Below, one piece after another: positions 21,439 to 33,632 of a stretch of 64,000 bases of DNA; the first letter of the stretch is position 1; each line of letters begins with the position of its first letter. A program made the position numbers and the translations under genes. Origin of the DNA: Piscinibacter sp. (GTDB lineage Bacteria; Pseudomonadota; Gammaproteobacteria; Burkholderiales; Burkholderiaceae_C); assembly GCF_035513255.1 (NCBI RefSeq), contig NZ_DATKCI010000015.1. One strand, written 5' to 3'. The notes under the pieces were generated by a model. That model was not told the origin of the DNA. It ran no database searches and worked only from the letters and a program-made list of their open reading frames with translations.

Positions 21439-22407
21439 ATGGAACAAGTGATGAAGCTGTTTGGCGGCCTCGCGGCCAGCGACCCTCGCGAGCTCGCACG
21501 TTCGCTGATGTTGAACCTCGGCGTGCCGGTGATCGCGTTCGCGCTGTTCCTCTCGCTGTGGGCATTCGGTGCGTCGCGCGTGCAGACCAGCCTCGGCGCC
21601 GTGCCCGGGCCGGCGCAGGTGCTGGCCCAGGCGAAGGCGCTGTTCGACGATCACGTCGAGGAGCGTGCCAAGCGCGCCGAGTTCTACGAGCGGCAGGCGC
21701 AGCGCAACCGCGAGCGGCTGGCGGAAGATCCGAACGCCGAAGTGCGCGTGTTCAACTGGACCGGCAAGCCGACTTACCTGGACCAGATCGTCACGAGCCT
21801 GATCACGGTGTTCACCGGCTTCCTGATCGCCACCGCCGTCGCCGTGCCGGTGGGCATTCTCTGCGGCTCGTCGCGCATCGTGCAGGCCGCGCTGAACCCG
21901 ATGGTGCAGGTGTTCCGGCCGGTGTCGCCGCTGGCCTGGCTGCCGATCGTGACGCTGATCGTCAGCGCGGTCTACGTGACCGCCGGCGAGCCGATGTTCC
22001 AGAAGTCGTTCCTGATCTCGGCCATCACCGTGACGCTGTGTTCGCTGTGGACCACGCTGCTGAACACCGCAATCGGCGTCACGTCGGTCGACAAGGACCT
22101 GGTCAACGTCGGCCGCGTGCTGCAACTGCCGTGGACGACCCGCGTGCGCAAGATCGTGCTGCCGTCGGCACTGCCCTACATCTTCACCGGCATGCGGCTG
22201 TCGCTCGGCGTCGGCTGGATGGTGCTGATCGCCGCGGAGATGCTCGCGCAGAACCCGGGGCTCGGCAAGTTCGTCTGGGACGAATTCCAGAACGGCAGCT
22301 CCGACTCGCTGAGCCGCATCATGGTCGCGGTGTTCACGATCGGCATCATCGGCTTTCTGCTCGACCGGCTGATGCTCGGCTTGCAGCACCTGGCGTCGCG
22401 CGCATGA
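21439..22407 (+). CDS. nrtB: Nitrate-type ABC transporter permease
   Basis: [33 protein letters not shown]; long periplasmic insertion after TM1. Confidence 0.88.
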   Translation: MEQVMKLFGGLAASDPRELARSLMLNLGVPVIAFALFLSLWAFGASRVQTSLGAVPGPAQVLAQAKALFDDHVEERAKRAEFYERQAQRNRERLAEDPNAEVRVFNWTGKPTYLDQIVTSLITVFTGFLIATAVAVPVGILCGSSRIVQAALNPMVQVFRPVSPLAWLPIVTLIVSAVYVTAGEPMFQKSFLISAITVTLCSLWTTLLNTAIGVTSVDKDLVNVGRVLQLPWTTRVRKIVLPSALPYIFTGMRLSLGVGWMVLIAAEMLAQNPGLGKFVWDEFQNGSSDSLSRIMVAVFTIGIIGFLLDRLMLGLQHLASRA

Positions 22408-24236
22408 ACGGGCTGTTGAAAAGCATGAACAACGCAGCCACCGTGCCCCTGGTCGATGCGAGCGCCGCTGCCGCAGCGCCGCGGATCGCGGCCGTTCCCG
22501 ATGCGGCGGCGCTCGAGTTGCGCGGCGTCGCCAAACGCTACGGCAGCGGCCGTGCTGCCACCGAGGTGCTGCACGACATCAACCTGCGCATCGCGCCGGG
22601 TGAGTTTGTTGCGATCGTCGGCTTTTCCGGCAGCGGCAAGACGACGCTCGTGAACCTGCTCGCGGGTCTCGCGACGGCCGACGACGGCGAGGTGCTCAAG
22701 CAAGGTCAACCGATCCGCGGACCGGGGCCGGACCGCGGCATCGTCTTTCAGAGCTATTCGCTGATGCCGTGGCTCACCGTGCGCCAGAACGTCGCGCTGG
22801 CGGTGGACTGCGTGTACGCCGGCGAGTCGGCCCGGGCGCGCGCCGAGCGGGTCAAGCATTACGTGGCGATGGTCGGCCTGAGCGCCGCCATCGACAAGAA
22901 GCCGGCGCAGCTGTCCGGCGGCATGCGCCAGCGCGTGTCGGTGGCGCGTGCGCTTGCGACCAACCCCGACGTGCTGCTGCTCGACGAGCCGCTGTCGGCG
23001 CTCGATGCGCTCACGCGCGCGAACCTGCAGGACGAGATCACCCGCATCTGGAGCGAGGAGAAGAAGACCGTTCTGCTGATCACCAACGACGTCGACGAGG
23101 CGCTGATCCTCGCGGACCGCATCATCCCGCTGAACCCGGGGCCGAAGGCGACCTTGGGACCCGCGTTCGAGGTCGACATCGCCAGGCCGCGCGACCGGCG
23201 CGAAATGAACCACGATGCCCGCTTCAAGGCGCTGCGCGGCGAGATCACGCAGTACCTGATCGACGTGGCGCACCGGCGCGAGGCGGGAACCAGCGCCAAG
23301 GTGATCCAGCTGCCGGTGCTCGTGCCGCGCGTGGAGGGCCGCAAGCTGCCGTCCCTCGCGTCGCTGGCGGGCATGCGGCATGCGGCGCAGCTCGAGGCGA
23401 TGGCGCAACGGGAGTCGGGCGCCGCGAAGACGGCCGAGCATGCGAAGTTGTCCGACGCGCGCTTTGTCGAGTTCTCGCAGGTCGTCAAGGTCTACCCGAC
23501 GCCGCGCGGCCCGCAGACCGTCGTCGACGGCTTCGACCTGAAGATGCGCAAAGGCGAGTTCGTCTCGGTGATCGGCCCTTCGGGCTGCGGCAAGTCGACG
23601 GTTCTGTCGATGGTCGCGGGGTTGACCGACATCACCGAGGGCGGCGTCATCCTCGACGGCCGCGAGATCGCCGGCGCCGCGCCGGACCGCGGCCTCGTGT
23701 TCCAGTCGCCGAGCCTCGTCCCCTGGCTCAGCGCGTACGAGAACGTGATGCTCGGCGTGCAACGTGTGTTCGCCGACGCGTCAGCGGCGCAGCGCCGCAG
23801 CACCGTCGAGTACTACCTGTCGCGGGTCGGCCTGGCCGATGCGATGCACAAGCGCGCCGGCGAGCTGTCCAACGGCATGAAGCAGCGCGTGGGCATCGCG
23901 CGCGCATTCGCGCTGAACCCCAAGTTGCTGCTGCTCGACGAGCCGTTCGGCATGCTGGACTCGCTGACGCGCTGGGACCTGCAGGAAGTGCTGATGGAGG
24001 TGTGGGCGCGCAACCAGGTCACGGCGATCATGGTCACGCACGACGTCGACGAAGCGATCCTGCTGGCCGATCGTGTGGTGATGATGACCAACGGCCCGAA
24101 CGCGAAGATCGGCAAGGTGATGGACGTGACGCTGCCGCGCCCGCGTTCGCGCGCCGCGCTGCTGGCGCATCCGCGCTACTACGAGTTGCGCGAGGAGCTG
24201 ATCACGTTCCTGGAAGACTGCGGCCGCCAGCATTGA
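22404..24236 (+). CDS. Fused tandem ABC ATPase (NrtC/NrtD-like double NBD)
   Basis: Two full NBDs in one frame: [24 protein letters not shown] and [24 protein letters not shown]. Confidence 0.9.
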   Translation: MNGLLKSMNNAATVPLVDASAAAAAPRIAAVPDAAALELRGVAKRYGSGRAATEVLHDINLRIAPGEFVAIVGFSGSGKTTLVNLLAGLATADDGEVLKQGQPIRGPGPDRGIVFQSYSLMPWLTVRQNVALAVDCVYAGESARARAERVKHYVAMVGLSAAIDKKPAQLSGGMRQRVSVARALATNPDVLLLDEPLSALDALTRANLQDEITRIWSEEKKTVLLITNDVDEALILADRIIPLNPGPKATLGPAFEVDIARPRDRREMNHDARFKALRGEITQYLIDVAHRREAGTSAKVIQLPVLVPRVEGRKLPSLASLAGMRHAAQLEAMAQRESGAAKTAEHAKLSDARFVEFSQVVKVYPTPRGPQTVVDGFDLKMRKGEFVSVIGPSGCGKSTVLSMVAGLTDITEGGVILDGREIAGAAPDRGLVFQSPSLVPWLSAYENVMLGVQRVFADASAAQRRSTVEYYLSRVGLADAMHKRAGELSNGMKQRVGIARAFALNPKLLLLDEPFGMLDSLTRWDLQEVLMEVWARNQVTAIMVTHDVDEAILLADRVVMMTNGPNAKIGKVMDVTLPRPRSRAALLAHPRYYELREELITFLEDCGRQH

Positions 24237-24331
24237 GTGGGCCGGATGACGATCCGTCGGCGCATCGAACGGGCGCCGCTCCCGGATTGCATCCGGGCTG
24301 CTGATATCGAGTAGCCCGGATGAAATCCGGG
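24237..24331. repeat. REP cluster: degenerate (+) copy, (-) copy and (+) copy between convergent genes
   Basis: GTGGGCCGGATGACGATCCG (24237), CCCGGATTGCATCCGGGCTGC (24281-24301), GTAGCCCGGATGAAATCCGGG (24311-24331). Confidence 0.85.
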
Positions 24332-24364
24332 GATCGGTGCGTCGGACGAACTACCGCAACGAAG

Positions 24365-25567
24365 TCACTCGCGCCGGCGGATCTTGAATGCGTCGGCATA
24401 GACCGCCGGCTCGGTTCCGTCCCAGACCACGCCGTCCATCAGACGGCTCGAGCGCATCGGGCTGGTCGGCACCGGAATGTTCAGCGCCGACGCCGCCTCG
24501 CGGTACAGCGCGATCTGGTTGATCTGAGACGCGACGCCGAGGTAGTCGGGGTGTTCCTTCAGGAGGCCCCATCGTTTCTGCTGCGTCAGGAACCACATGC
24601 CGTCCGACAGGTACGGGAAGTTCACTTCGCCGTCGCGGAAGAAGCTCATGTGGTGCGGGTCTTCCCAGGTCCGCCCGAGGCCGTTGGTGTAGCAGCCGAC
24701 GATGCGCTCGAGGATCACGTCGACCGAGGTGTCGACGAAAGGCTTGGCGGCGATCGTCTCGGCCATCTTGCGCCGGTTCGCCGCGGTCGCGTCGATCCAG
24801 CGGCTCGCCTCGAGCACCGCCATCACGACCGCGCGACAGGTGTTCGGGTAGCGCCGGACGTAGTCGGCCGTGCTCGCGACGACCTTTTCCGGGTGGTTGC
24901 GCCAGATGTCCTGCGAGCTTGCGGCATGCACCGACACGCCGTCGAGAATGCCGCGGTGGTTCCACGGCTCGCCGACCGAAAAACCGTCCATGTTGCCGGC
25001 GCGTGCGTTGGCGACCATCTGCGGCGGCGGCACGACGATGGTCTTCACGTCGGCGAACGGGTCGATGCCGGCCGAGGCGAGCCAGTAGTACAGCCACATC
25101 GCGTGCGTCCCGGTGGGGAAGGTTTGCGCGAAGGTGTAATCGCGCCGCTCGCTGCGCAGCAACACGGCCAGCGATCCGAGATCGACGGCCCCCTTGTCGG
25201 CGAGGCGCCGCGACAGCGACAGCCCCTGGCCGTTGTTGTTGATCGTCATCAGCACGGCCATGTCCTTCTTCGGGCCGCCGACACCGAGGTGAACGCCGTA
25301 GACGAGGCCGTACAGCACATGCGCCATGTCGATGTCGCCGCGCACCAGTTTGTCGCGCACGCCGGCCCAGGATGCTTCCTTCGTGGGCACGATGCGGATG
25401 CCGTGCTTCCGGTCGAAACCGAGCACCGACGCCATCACCACCGAGGCGCAGTCGGTCAGCGGCATGAAGCCGATGCGAACCTCCTCGCGCTCGGGCTTGT
25501 CGCTGCCGGCGAGCCGCAGGATGGGGCGGGGCGGTCGGCCATGGGGTCCGGGGACGGTGTGGTTCAT
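24365..25567 (-). CDS. nasS: Cytoplasmic nitrate/nitrite sensor NasS
   Basis: NrtA-like fold (IGFMPLTDCAS, FPTGTHAMWLYYWL, VGEPWN) but no signal peptide; directly downstream of an ANTAR regulator. Confidence 0.85.
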   Translation of the reverse strand: MNHTVPGPHGRPPRPILRLAGSDKPEREEVRIGFMPLTDCASVVMASVLGFDRKHGIRIVPTKEASWAGVRDKLVRGDIDMAHVLYGLVYGVHLGVGGPKKDMAVLMTINNNGQGLSLSRRLADKGAVDLGSLAVLLRSERRDYTFAQTFPTGTHAMWLYYWLASAGIDPFADVKTIVVPPPQMVANARAGNMDGFSVGEPWNHRGILDGVSVHAASSQDIWRNHPEKVVASTADYVRRYPNTCRAVVMAVLEASRWIDATAANRRKMAETIAAKPFVDTSVDVILERIVGCYTNGLGRTWEDPHHMSFFRDGEVNFPYLSDGMWFLTQQKRWGLLKEHPDYLGVASQINQIALYREAASALNIPVPTSPMRSSRLMDGVVWDGTEPAVYADAFKIRRRE

Positions 25568-25605
25568 GCGAAATCGAGCCTGACAGGGGAGGTGGAGTGC
25601 ATCGG

Positions 25606-26238
25606 TCAGCCCAGCAACTCGGCCACGTCGACGACGCGCTGCGCGACGTCGGCGATCTTCAGCCCCTTGTCCATCGCGGTCTTGCGCAGCCGCGCGTAGG
25701 CCTCGGGTTCGCCGATGTCGTGGCGCTTCATCAGCAGCCCCTTCGCTCGGTCGATCAGCTTGCGGTCGTTGAGCTGGTTGCGCGCCTCGGCGAGCGCCTG
25801 CAGCAGCGACTCCTGGTGCTGGAAGCGTGCCATCGCGACGTCGAGCACCGGCCGGATTCGCTCGGGTGCCAGGCCGGCGACCACGTAGGCCGTCACGCCG
25901 GCGGCGATTGCGTCACGCACGTGGGACGTGTCGTTGTCCTCGGTGAACAGCACGATCGGCCTGCGGGCGTCGCGCGTGGCCATCACGACGTGCTCCAGCG
26001 TGTCGCGCGCCTGGCTCTCGGCATCGATGATGATCATGTCGGGGCCGATCTGCGCGAGCCGGTCGGGCAGGAAGACGTCGGCCGGCAGCACGGCGACGAT
26101 GTTGTAGCCATGCTCGAGCATGCCGATGCGCAGGCTGCGCGAGCGCTCCGCCGCCACCTGCGCCTCGGGGTCGGCAGGGTCGGGGGCAAGCGTCTCGGGC
26201 GCGACGATGACGATGCGCAGGGCCTGGGCCGAGGTCAT
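25606..26238 (-). CDS. nasT: ANTAR-domain antiterminator NasT
   Basis: Pseudo-receiver (PDMIIIDAES) + ANTAR (DRKLIDRAKGLLM..EPEAYARLRKTAMD); start ATG 26238. Confidence 0.92.
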   Translation of the reverse strand: MTSAQALRIVIVAPETLAPDPADPEAQVAAERSRSLRIGMLEHGYNIVAVLPADVFLPDRLAQIGPDMIIIDAESQARDTLEHVVMATRDARRPIVLFTEDNDTSHVRDAIAAGVTAYVVAGLAPERIRPVLDVAMARFQHQESLLQALAEARNQLNDRKLIDRAKGLLMKRHDIGEPEAYARLRKTAMDKGLKIADVAQRVVDVAELLG

Positions 26239-26250
26239 GGCGACCGGCGA

Positions 26251-26266
26251 AGCAACATCTGCGCCA
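26251..26266 (-). promoter_or_regulatory. sigma54 promoter of nasTS
   Basis: Minus strand TGGCGC-AGATG-TTGCT. Confidence 0.8.
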
Positions 26267-26293
26267 TTGCGTCGTCCAAGAACGACCGGGCGC

Positions 26294-26317
26294 AAAAAAG
26301 CCCGCTCGCGGCGGGCT
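26294..26317 (-). terminator. Intrinsic terminator of the small orphan gene
   Basis: Minus strand AGCCCGC-cgcga-GCGGGCT-TTTTT. Confidence 0.85.
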
Positions 26318-26336
26318 CTCTCTGTTTGGGGTGGGG

Positions 26337-26621
26337 TCAGCGGCCCGGGTGGGACGACATGGCTCGCCGCAGCCACCCGCCCAGCGGGCGCAACGACCAG
26401 AACTGCGAATCGGTGGCGACCGCCTCGCGCTCGATGAGGAGGTCGCGGGCTTCCAGCATCTCGATGAAGTGGCGAACCTCGTAGCGCTTGAGTCCGCTCA
26501 AGTCCGCCAGTTGGGCGAGCGTGACATGGCGGTGCGACATGTCGCTCGCCATGCGGCGATAGGCGGTTCGGTCGAAGGGGGACGTCAACTCCGGCCACGC
26601 GCTGAGACGGTACTCTTTCAT
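26337..26621 (-). CDS. Small hypothetical protein, possible winged HTH (94 aa)
   Basis: MKEYRLSAWPEL...TLAQLADLSGLKRYEVRHFIEML; GGAG RBS, followed by a strong terminator. Confidence 0.7.
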   Translation of the reverse strand: MKEYRLSAWPELTSPFDRTAYRRMASDMSHRHVTLAQLADLSGLKRYEVRHFIEMLEARDLLIEREAVATDSQFWSLRPLGGWLRRAMSSHPGR

Positions 26622-26830
26622 GGCTCCAACGACTTTCTTGGTTGTGGCGGTTGCTTCGGGGCAACCGTTCTCGGGAAACGCAGGGTAGTTCCTGTTCTTT
26701 GGAACGTGAAGGGAATTCTTACCGATACCGGGTAATCCCTGAGTAGAAACGTGTGTCGAGTTGTGATTGGCGCGACGCGGCGCCGGAAGCCTGACGCCGC
26801 TGACGACAGGCGCCACCGTAAACTTGGTCG

Positions 26831-27862
26831 ATGAACGTTCTCGGCATTGAATCGTCCTGCGACGAAACCGGCGTCGCACTGGTCGAGTGCGCGGCGGGCG
26901 GCGCCACGCCGGTGCTGCGCGCACAGGCGCTGCACAGCCAGATCGACATGCACCAGGCCTATGGCGGCGTCGTGCCCGAACTCGCGTCGCGCGACCACAT
27001 CCGCCGCGTGCTGCCGCTCACGCGAAAGGTGCTCGCTGATGCCGGATCGTCGCTCGACGAGGTCGACGTCGTCGCGTTCACGCAGGGCCCCGGGCTTGCC
27101 GGGGCGTTGCTCGTCGGCGCCGGCGTGGCCTGCGCGCTGGGTGCGGCCCTCGGCCGCCCGGTGCTGGGCGTGCATCATCTGGAGGGCCATCTGCTGTCGC
27201 CGTTCCTGTCGGCTGACCCGCCCGAGTTTCCGTTCGTCGCGCTGCTCGTCTCCGGCGGCCACACGCAGTTGATGCGGATCGACGACGTCGGCAGCTACGA
27301 GCTGCTCGGCGAGACCATCGACGACGCGGCCGGCGAGGCCTTCGACAAGTCGGCCAAGCTGATGGGGCTGGGCTATCCCGGCGGGCCGGCGCTCGCGCGA
27401 CTGGCCGAGTTCGGCGACGCGAGCGTGTTCGATCTGCCGCGGCCCCTGCTTCACAGCGGCACGCTCGACTTCTCGTTCGCCGGCCTGAAGACCGCCGTGC
27501 GCACGCGGGTGCACAAGCTCGGCAGCAACGTCTGCGAGCAGGACAAGGCGCATCTCGCGGCTGCCACGCAGGAGGCGATCGTCGACGTGCTGGTCCACAA
27601 GTCGATGGCCGCGCTGAAGGAGACGGGGCTCAAGCGAATCGTAGTGGCCGGCGGCGTGGGCGCGAACGCCCGGCTGCGCGAGCAACTGAATGCGCAATGT
27701 GCGAAGCGCCAGATCAAAGTTCACTACCCCGAGCTCGCGCTTTGCACCGACAACGGCGCGATGATCGCGCTGGCCGCGGCGATGCGCTTGCAGCGCGGCC
27801 TGGCGCAGGTGCGCAGCGACCATGCGTTCAACGTCCTGCCGCGCTGGCCGCTGGTGGGTTGA
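26831..27862 (+). CDS. tsaD: t6A tRNA threonylcarbamoyltransferase subunit
   Basis: [38 protein letters not shown]. Confidence 0.97.
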   Translation: MNVLGIESSCDETGVALVECAAGGATPVLRAQALHSQIDMHQAYGGVVPELASRDHIRRVLPLTRKVLADAGSSLDEVDVVAFTQGPGLAGALLVGAGVACALGAALGRPVLGVHHLEGHLLSPFLSADPPEFPFVALLVSGGHTQLMRIDDVGSYELLGETIDDAAGEAFDKSAKLMGLGYPGGPALARLAEFGDASVFDLPRPLLHSGTLDFSFAGLKTAVRTRVHKLGSNVCEQDKAHLAAATQEAIVDVLVHKSMAALKETGLKRIVVAGGVGANARLREQLNAQCAKRQIKVHYPELALCTDNGAMIALAAAMRLQRGLAQVRSDHAFNVLPRWPLVG

Positions 27863-27867
27863 CTGCG

Positions 27868-29028
27868 ATGAGAGACATCATCGACCGGCTGCCGGGTTCG
27901 AAGATCCGGGAAGTGGCCAATGCGGGCATGGGCCGCGACGATGTGCTCGCGTTCTGGTTCGGCGAGAGCGACGAGCCCACGCCTGAGGCAATCCGCGAGG
28001 CCGCGGTGGTGTCGCTGAACCGCGGCGAAACCTTCTACGCGCACAACCTGGGGCTGCCGGCGCTGCGCGACGCGTTGGCCGACCACATGAGCGCCCTGCA
28101 TCCGGCGGTTGCCGCGAGCCGCATTGCCGTCACCTCGTCGGGCGTCAGCGCGCTGATGATCGCGATGCAGGCGCTGGCGGGCGCCGGCGACGAGGTGGTC
28201 GCCGTGGTTCCGGTGTGGCCCAACCTGACCGCGCAGCCGGCGATCCTCGGGGCGATCGTGAAGCGCGTACCGCTGAAGGTGCGCAAAGGCGCGTGGACGC
28301 TGGACCTCGAGGCGCTGCTCGACGCGGTGACCGAGCGCACCGCGGTGCTGCTGGTCAACGCACCCAACAACCCGACCGGCTGGACGCTGACCCGGGACGA
28401 GCAGCAGGCGATCCTTGCGCATTGCCGCCGGACTGGCACGTGGATCGTCGCCGACGAGGTCTACGAACGCATCTACTTCGAGTCCGGCGCCTCCGCCGCG
28501 CCGAGTTTCCTCGACGTCGCGAACGCGGACGACCGCCTGGTCGTCGTGCACAGTTTCTCGAAGAGCTTTCTGATGACGGGCTGGCGCCTCGGCTGGATGG
28601 TGGTGCCCGAGCGCCTCACGTCGGCCATCGGCAAGCTGATCGAGTTCAATACTTCCTGCGCGCCGGTGTTCGTGCAGCGTGCCGGCCTGGCCGCGCTGTC
28701 AGGGGCGGACGATTTTGTCCCCGGACTCGTGCAGCGGCTGAAGGGCTGCCGCGACACGCTGGTCCCGCAACTCGCGGCGTTGCCCGGCCTGCAGGTGGCC
28801 GATCCGCGAGGCGGCATGTACGCGTTCTTCCGCGTCGAGGGCCAGGACGATTCGCTGGCCTTTGCCAAGCGGCTCGTCGCGCAGGCGGGCCTGGGGCTCG
28901 CGCCGGGCGCCGCCTTCGGCGACGAGGCGGAAGGCTGGCTGCGCTGGTGTTTCGCGTCGCGCGACCCCGGCCGGCTCACCTTGGGCGTGCAGCGGCTGAG
29001 CCGATTCCTGGAGTCGATTCGTCTATAA
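27868..29028 (+). CDS. Class I/II PLP-dependent aminotransferase
   Basis: NAPNNPTG, ADEVY, SFSKSFLMTGWRLG. Confidence 0.92.
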   Translation: MRDIIDRLPGSKIREVANAGMGRDDVLAFWFGESDEPTPEAIREAAVVSLNRGETFYAHNLGLPALRDALADHMSALHPAVAASRIAVTSSGVSALMIAMQALAGAGDEVVAVVPVWPNLTAQPAILGAIVKRVPLKVRKGAWTLDLEALLDAVTERTAVLLVNAPNNPTGWTLTRDEQQAILAHCRRTGTWIVADEVYERIYFESGASAAPSFLDVANADDRLVVVHSFSKSFLMTGWRLGWMVVPERLTSAIGKLIEFNTSCAPVFVQRAGLAALSGADDFVPGLVQRLKGCRDTLVPQLAALPGLQVADPRGGMYAFFRVEGQDDSLAFAKRLVAQAGLGLAPGAAFGDEAEGWLRWCFASRDPGRLTLGVQRLSRFLESIRL

Positions 29029-29187
29029 TCGACGGGCTTTGCCCATGGGGGTTGCCCCTGGGCGGAGCAGCAAGCACGGCGCTGGTCGGTTTCACCGGCG
29101 TTCGCAAGTTCAACACCAGGAAACCGTTGCAGCCTTCATGACTGAGCACAGTCAGTGGCGCACGGCATCCGCCACACAGGAAACACC
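29024..29187 (+). promoter_or_regulatory. rpsO promoter (-10 TATAAT) and structured 5' leader
   Basis: TATAAT at 29024-29029; three hairpins in the ~150 nt before the ATG. Confidence 0.55.
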
Positions 29188-29451
29188 ATGAATACCACTG
29201 ACAAGGCCGAGGTCGTCAAGGCCCACGCGCGCGGCACCAACGACACCGGATCGCCCGAAGTCCAGGTCGCCCTGCTGACCGCCCGCATCAACGAGCTGAC
29301 CCCGCACTTCAAGACGCACAAGAAGGACCATCACGGCCGCCGCGGCCTGCTGAAGATGGTCAATGCGCGCAAGAGCCTGCTGGCCTACCTGAAGAACAAG
29401 GACGCGCAGCGCTACACCGCACTGATCCACAACCTGGGTCTGCGCAAGTAA
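29188..29451 (+). CDS. rpsO: 30S ribosomal protein S15
   Basis: [27 protein letters not shown]. Confidence 0.98.
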   Translation: MNTTDKAEVVKAHARGTNDTGSPEVQVALLTARINELTPHFKTHKKDHHGRRGLLKMVNARKSLLAYLKNKDAQRYTALIHNLGLRK

Positions 29452-29470
29452 GCCGCCGATGAGAGCAAGA

Positions 29471-29502
29471 AGCCTGTCTGGAACCCCAGAACAGGCTTTT
29501 TT
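29471..29502 (+). terminator. rpsO terminator
   Basis: AGCCTGTCTG..CAGAACAGGCT-TTTTT. Confidence 0.85.
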
Positions 29503-29531
29503 GCGTTTGAAAGCCCAGCACCCACGATGAC

Positions 29532-29581
29532 GATGTGTCATTCCACCGCCGTTTCGCCGCGAGCGTCGTTGGAATGGCATC
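29532..29581 (+). promoter_or_regulatory. pnp leader stem (probable RNase III/PNPase autoregulation site)
   Basis: TGTCATTCCA pairs with TGGAATGGCA between rpsO and pnp, as in the known pnp leader architecture. Confidence 0.6.
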
Positions 29582-29651
29582 GCGCCAGGGCGCCTGAGCT
29601 TCGGGTCGAAGAACGCCACCCGAAAGGCGTTCGCCATAACCGGAGAACACG

Positions 29652-31781
<2,130 letters not shown>

Positions 31782-31842
31782 TCGGCGCAGAACTTCGGTG
31801 GCGCGCACCGCGAGCCACCGGAACGAACCGCTGCCTCCACCG

Positions 31843-32835
31843 ATGAAAGCCATCGAGATCACGTCCCCCGGCGCGCCCGAGGTGCTGCGTCCTGCCGAAC
31901 GGCCGGACCCCGTTGCAGGCACCGGCGAGGTCCTCGTTCGTGTGTCGGCCTCCGGGGTCAACCGGCCCGACGTTCTGCAGCGCAAGGGCCTGTACCCGGT
32001 GCCACCGGGCGCATCGGACATTCCGGGCCTGGAAGTCGCCGGCACCATCGTCGACGGCGACGAGGCGGCGATGAACGAGGCCGGGCTGAAGCGCGGCGAC
32101 CGTGTCTGCGCGCTGGTGGCCGGCGGCGGTTATGCCGAACTGTGCACCGCGCCGGTCGGCCAGTGCCTGCCGGTACCGGCGAACCTGAGCGACATCGAGG
32201 CGGCAAGCCTGCCGGAAACCTTCTTTACCGTCTGGTCCAACGTGTTCGATCGCGGCCACCTGCACGCCGGGGAAACCTTGCTCGTGCAAGGCGGCAGCAG
32301 CGGCATCGGCGTCACGGCGATCCAGCTGGCGAAGGCCGCCGACGCGAAAGTCATCGTGACGGTCGGCTCGGACGCGAAGGCAGCAGCCTGCATCGCGCTC
32401 GGCGCCGACGAGGCCATCAACTACAAGACCCATGACTTCGTGGCCGAAGTGCAGCGCATCACCGAAGGGCGGGGCGCGCATGTCATCCTCGACATGGTCG
32501 CCGGCGACTACGTGGCGCGCGAATTGGGCTGCCTGTCCGACGACGGCCGGCTCGTCATCATCGCAGTGCAAGGCGGCGTGAAGTCGCAGATCGACGCCGG
32601 CGCGGTGCTGCGCCGCCGCTTGACGATCACCGGCTCGACGCTGCGTCCGCGATCGGTGCAGTTCAAGGCGGCGATCGCCCGCGCGCTGCGGGAAAAGGTG
32701 TGGCCGTGGCTTGAAAGCGGCAAGGTTCAACCGGTGGTGCACCAGGTGTTCCCTGCCGAGCAAGCGGCCCAGGCCCACGCGTTGATGGAATCAAACCAGC
32801 ACATCGGCAAGCTGGTGCTGGCATGGCAGACATGA
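31843..32835 (+). CDS. NAD(P)H-quinone oxidoreductase (PIG3/MDR family)
   Basis: GVNRPD, PGLEVAG, GGSSGIG, GSTLR, HIGKLVL. Confidence 0.92.
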   Translation: MKAIEITSPGAPEVLRPAERPDPVAGTGEVLVRVSASGVNRPDVLQRKGLYPVPPGASDIPGLEVAGTIVDGDEAAMNEAGLKRGDRVCALVAGGGYAELCTAPVGQCLPVPANLSDIEAASLPETFFTVWSNVFDRGHLHAGETLLVQGGSSGIGVTAIQLAKAADAKVIVTVGSDAKAAACIALGADEAINYKTHDFVAEVQRITEGRGAHVILDMVAGDYVARELGCLSDDGRLVIIAVQGGVKSQIDAGAVLRRRLTITGSTLRPRSVQFKAAIARALREKVWPWLESGKVQPVVHQVFPAEQAAQAHALMESNQHIGKLVLAWQT

Positions 32836-32852
32836 GTCCGGAGAAACACACG

Positions 32853-33593
32853 ATGCGTCGCAAACTGGTGGTCGGCAACTGGAAGATGAACGGCAGTCGG
32901 CTCGCCAACACCGAGTTGCTGGCCGGGCTGGAAGCCGCTGGACCCTTCGATGCCGACGTGGCCGTTTGCCCGCCGTTTCCGTACCTCGCCGACGTGGCCT
33001 TGTCCCTGCAGGGCAAGCGCATCGCCTGGGGTGCGCAGGACTGCTCGAGCCACGAGGACGGCGCCTACACCGGCGAGGTGTCCGCCGCGATGCTGGCCGA
33101 GTTCGGTTGCAAGTACGTGATCGTTGGGCACTCCGAGCGGCGCGCCTACCACGCCGAATCCGACCAGCGGGTGGCCGACAAGGCGAAGGTGGCACTTGCC
33201 CACCACCTGACGCCGATCGTCTGCGTCGGCGAGACGCTCGTCGAACGCGAGGCCGAGCAGACCGCGGCGGTGGTCAAGCGCCAGATGTCCGCGGTGATCC
33301 ACACGCTCGGCCATTGCATCTCGCAGGTCGTCGTTGCCTATGAGCCGGTGTGGGCCATCGGCACCGGCAAGACCGCGACGCCGGAGCAGGCGCAAGCGGT
33401 GCATGCGCTGCTGCGCACGCAACTGCACGCCGCGACGCCGAAGTCCGACGAAATGCAGATCCTCTACGGCGGCAGCGTCAAGCCCGACAACGCCGCCACG
33501 CTGTTTTGCCAGCCCGACATCGACGGCGGGCTGATCGGGGGCGCGTCCCTCAAGGCGGCCGATTTCGCCGCCATTTGTCGTGCGGCGGCCTGA
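32853..33593 (+). CDS. tpiA: Triosephosphate isomerase
   Basis: [30 protein letters not shown]. Confidence 0.98.
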   Translation: MRRKLVVGNWKMNGSRLANTELLAGLEAAGPFDADVAVCPPFPYLADVALSLQGKRIAWGAQDCSSHEDGAYTGEVSAAMLAEFGCKYVIVGHSERRAYHAESDQRVADKAKVALAHHLTPIVCVGETLVEREAEQTAAVVKRQMSAVIHTLGHCISQVVVAYEPVWAIGTGKTATPEQAQAVHALLRTQLHAATPKSDEMQILYGGSVKPDNAATLFCQPDIDGGLIGGASLKAADFAAICRAAA

Positions 33594-33632
33594 GGCCGGC
33601 GCCATCACCCAGTTTTTTGGAGTTGAGAAGAA

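Noticed and set aside
24365-25567. Second periplasmic binding protein of the ABC transporter
   Set aside because: No Sec/Tat signal and it is co-oriented directly behind an ANTAR regulator, which fits cytoplasmic NasS.
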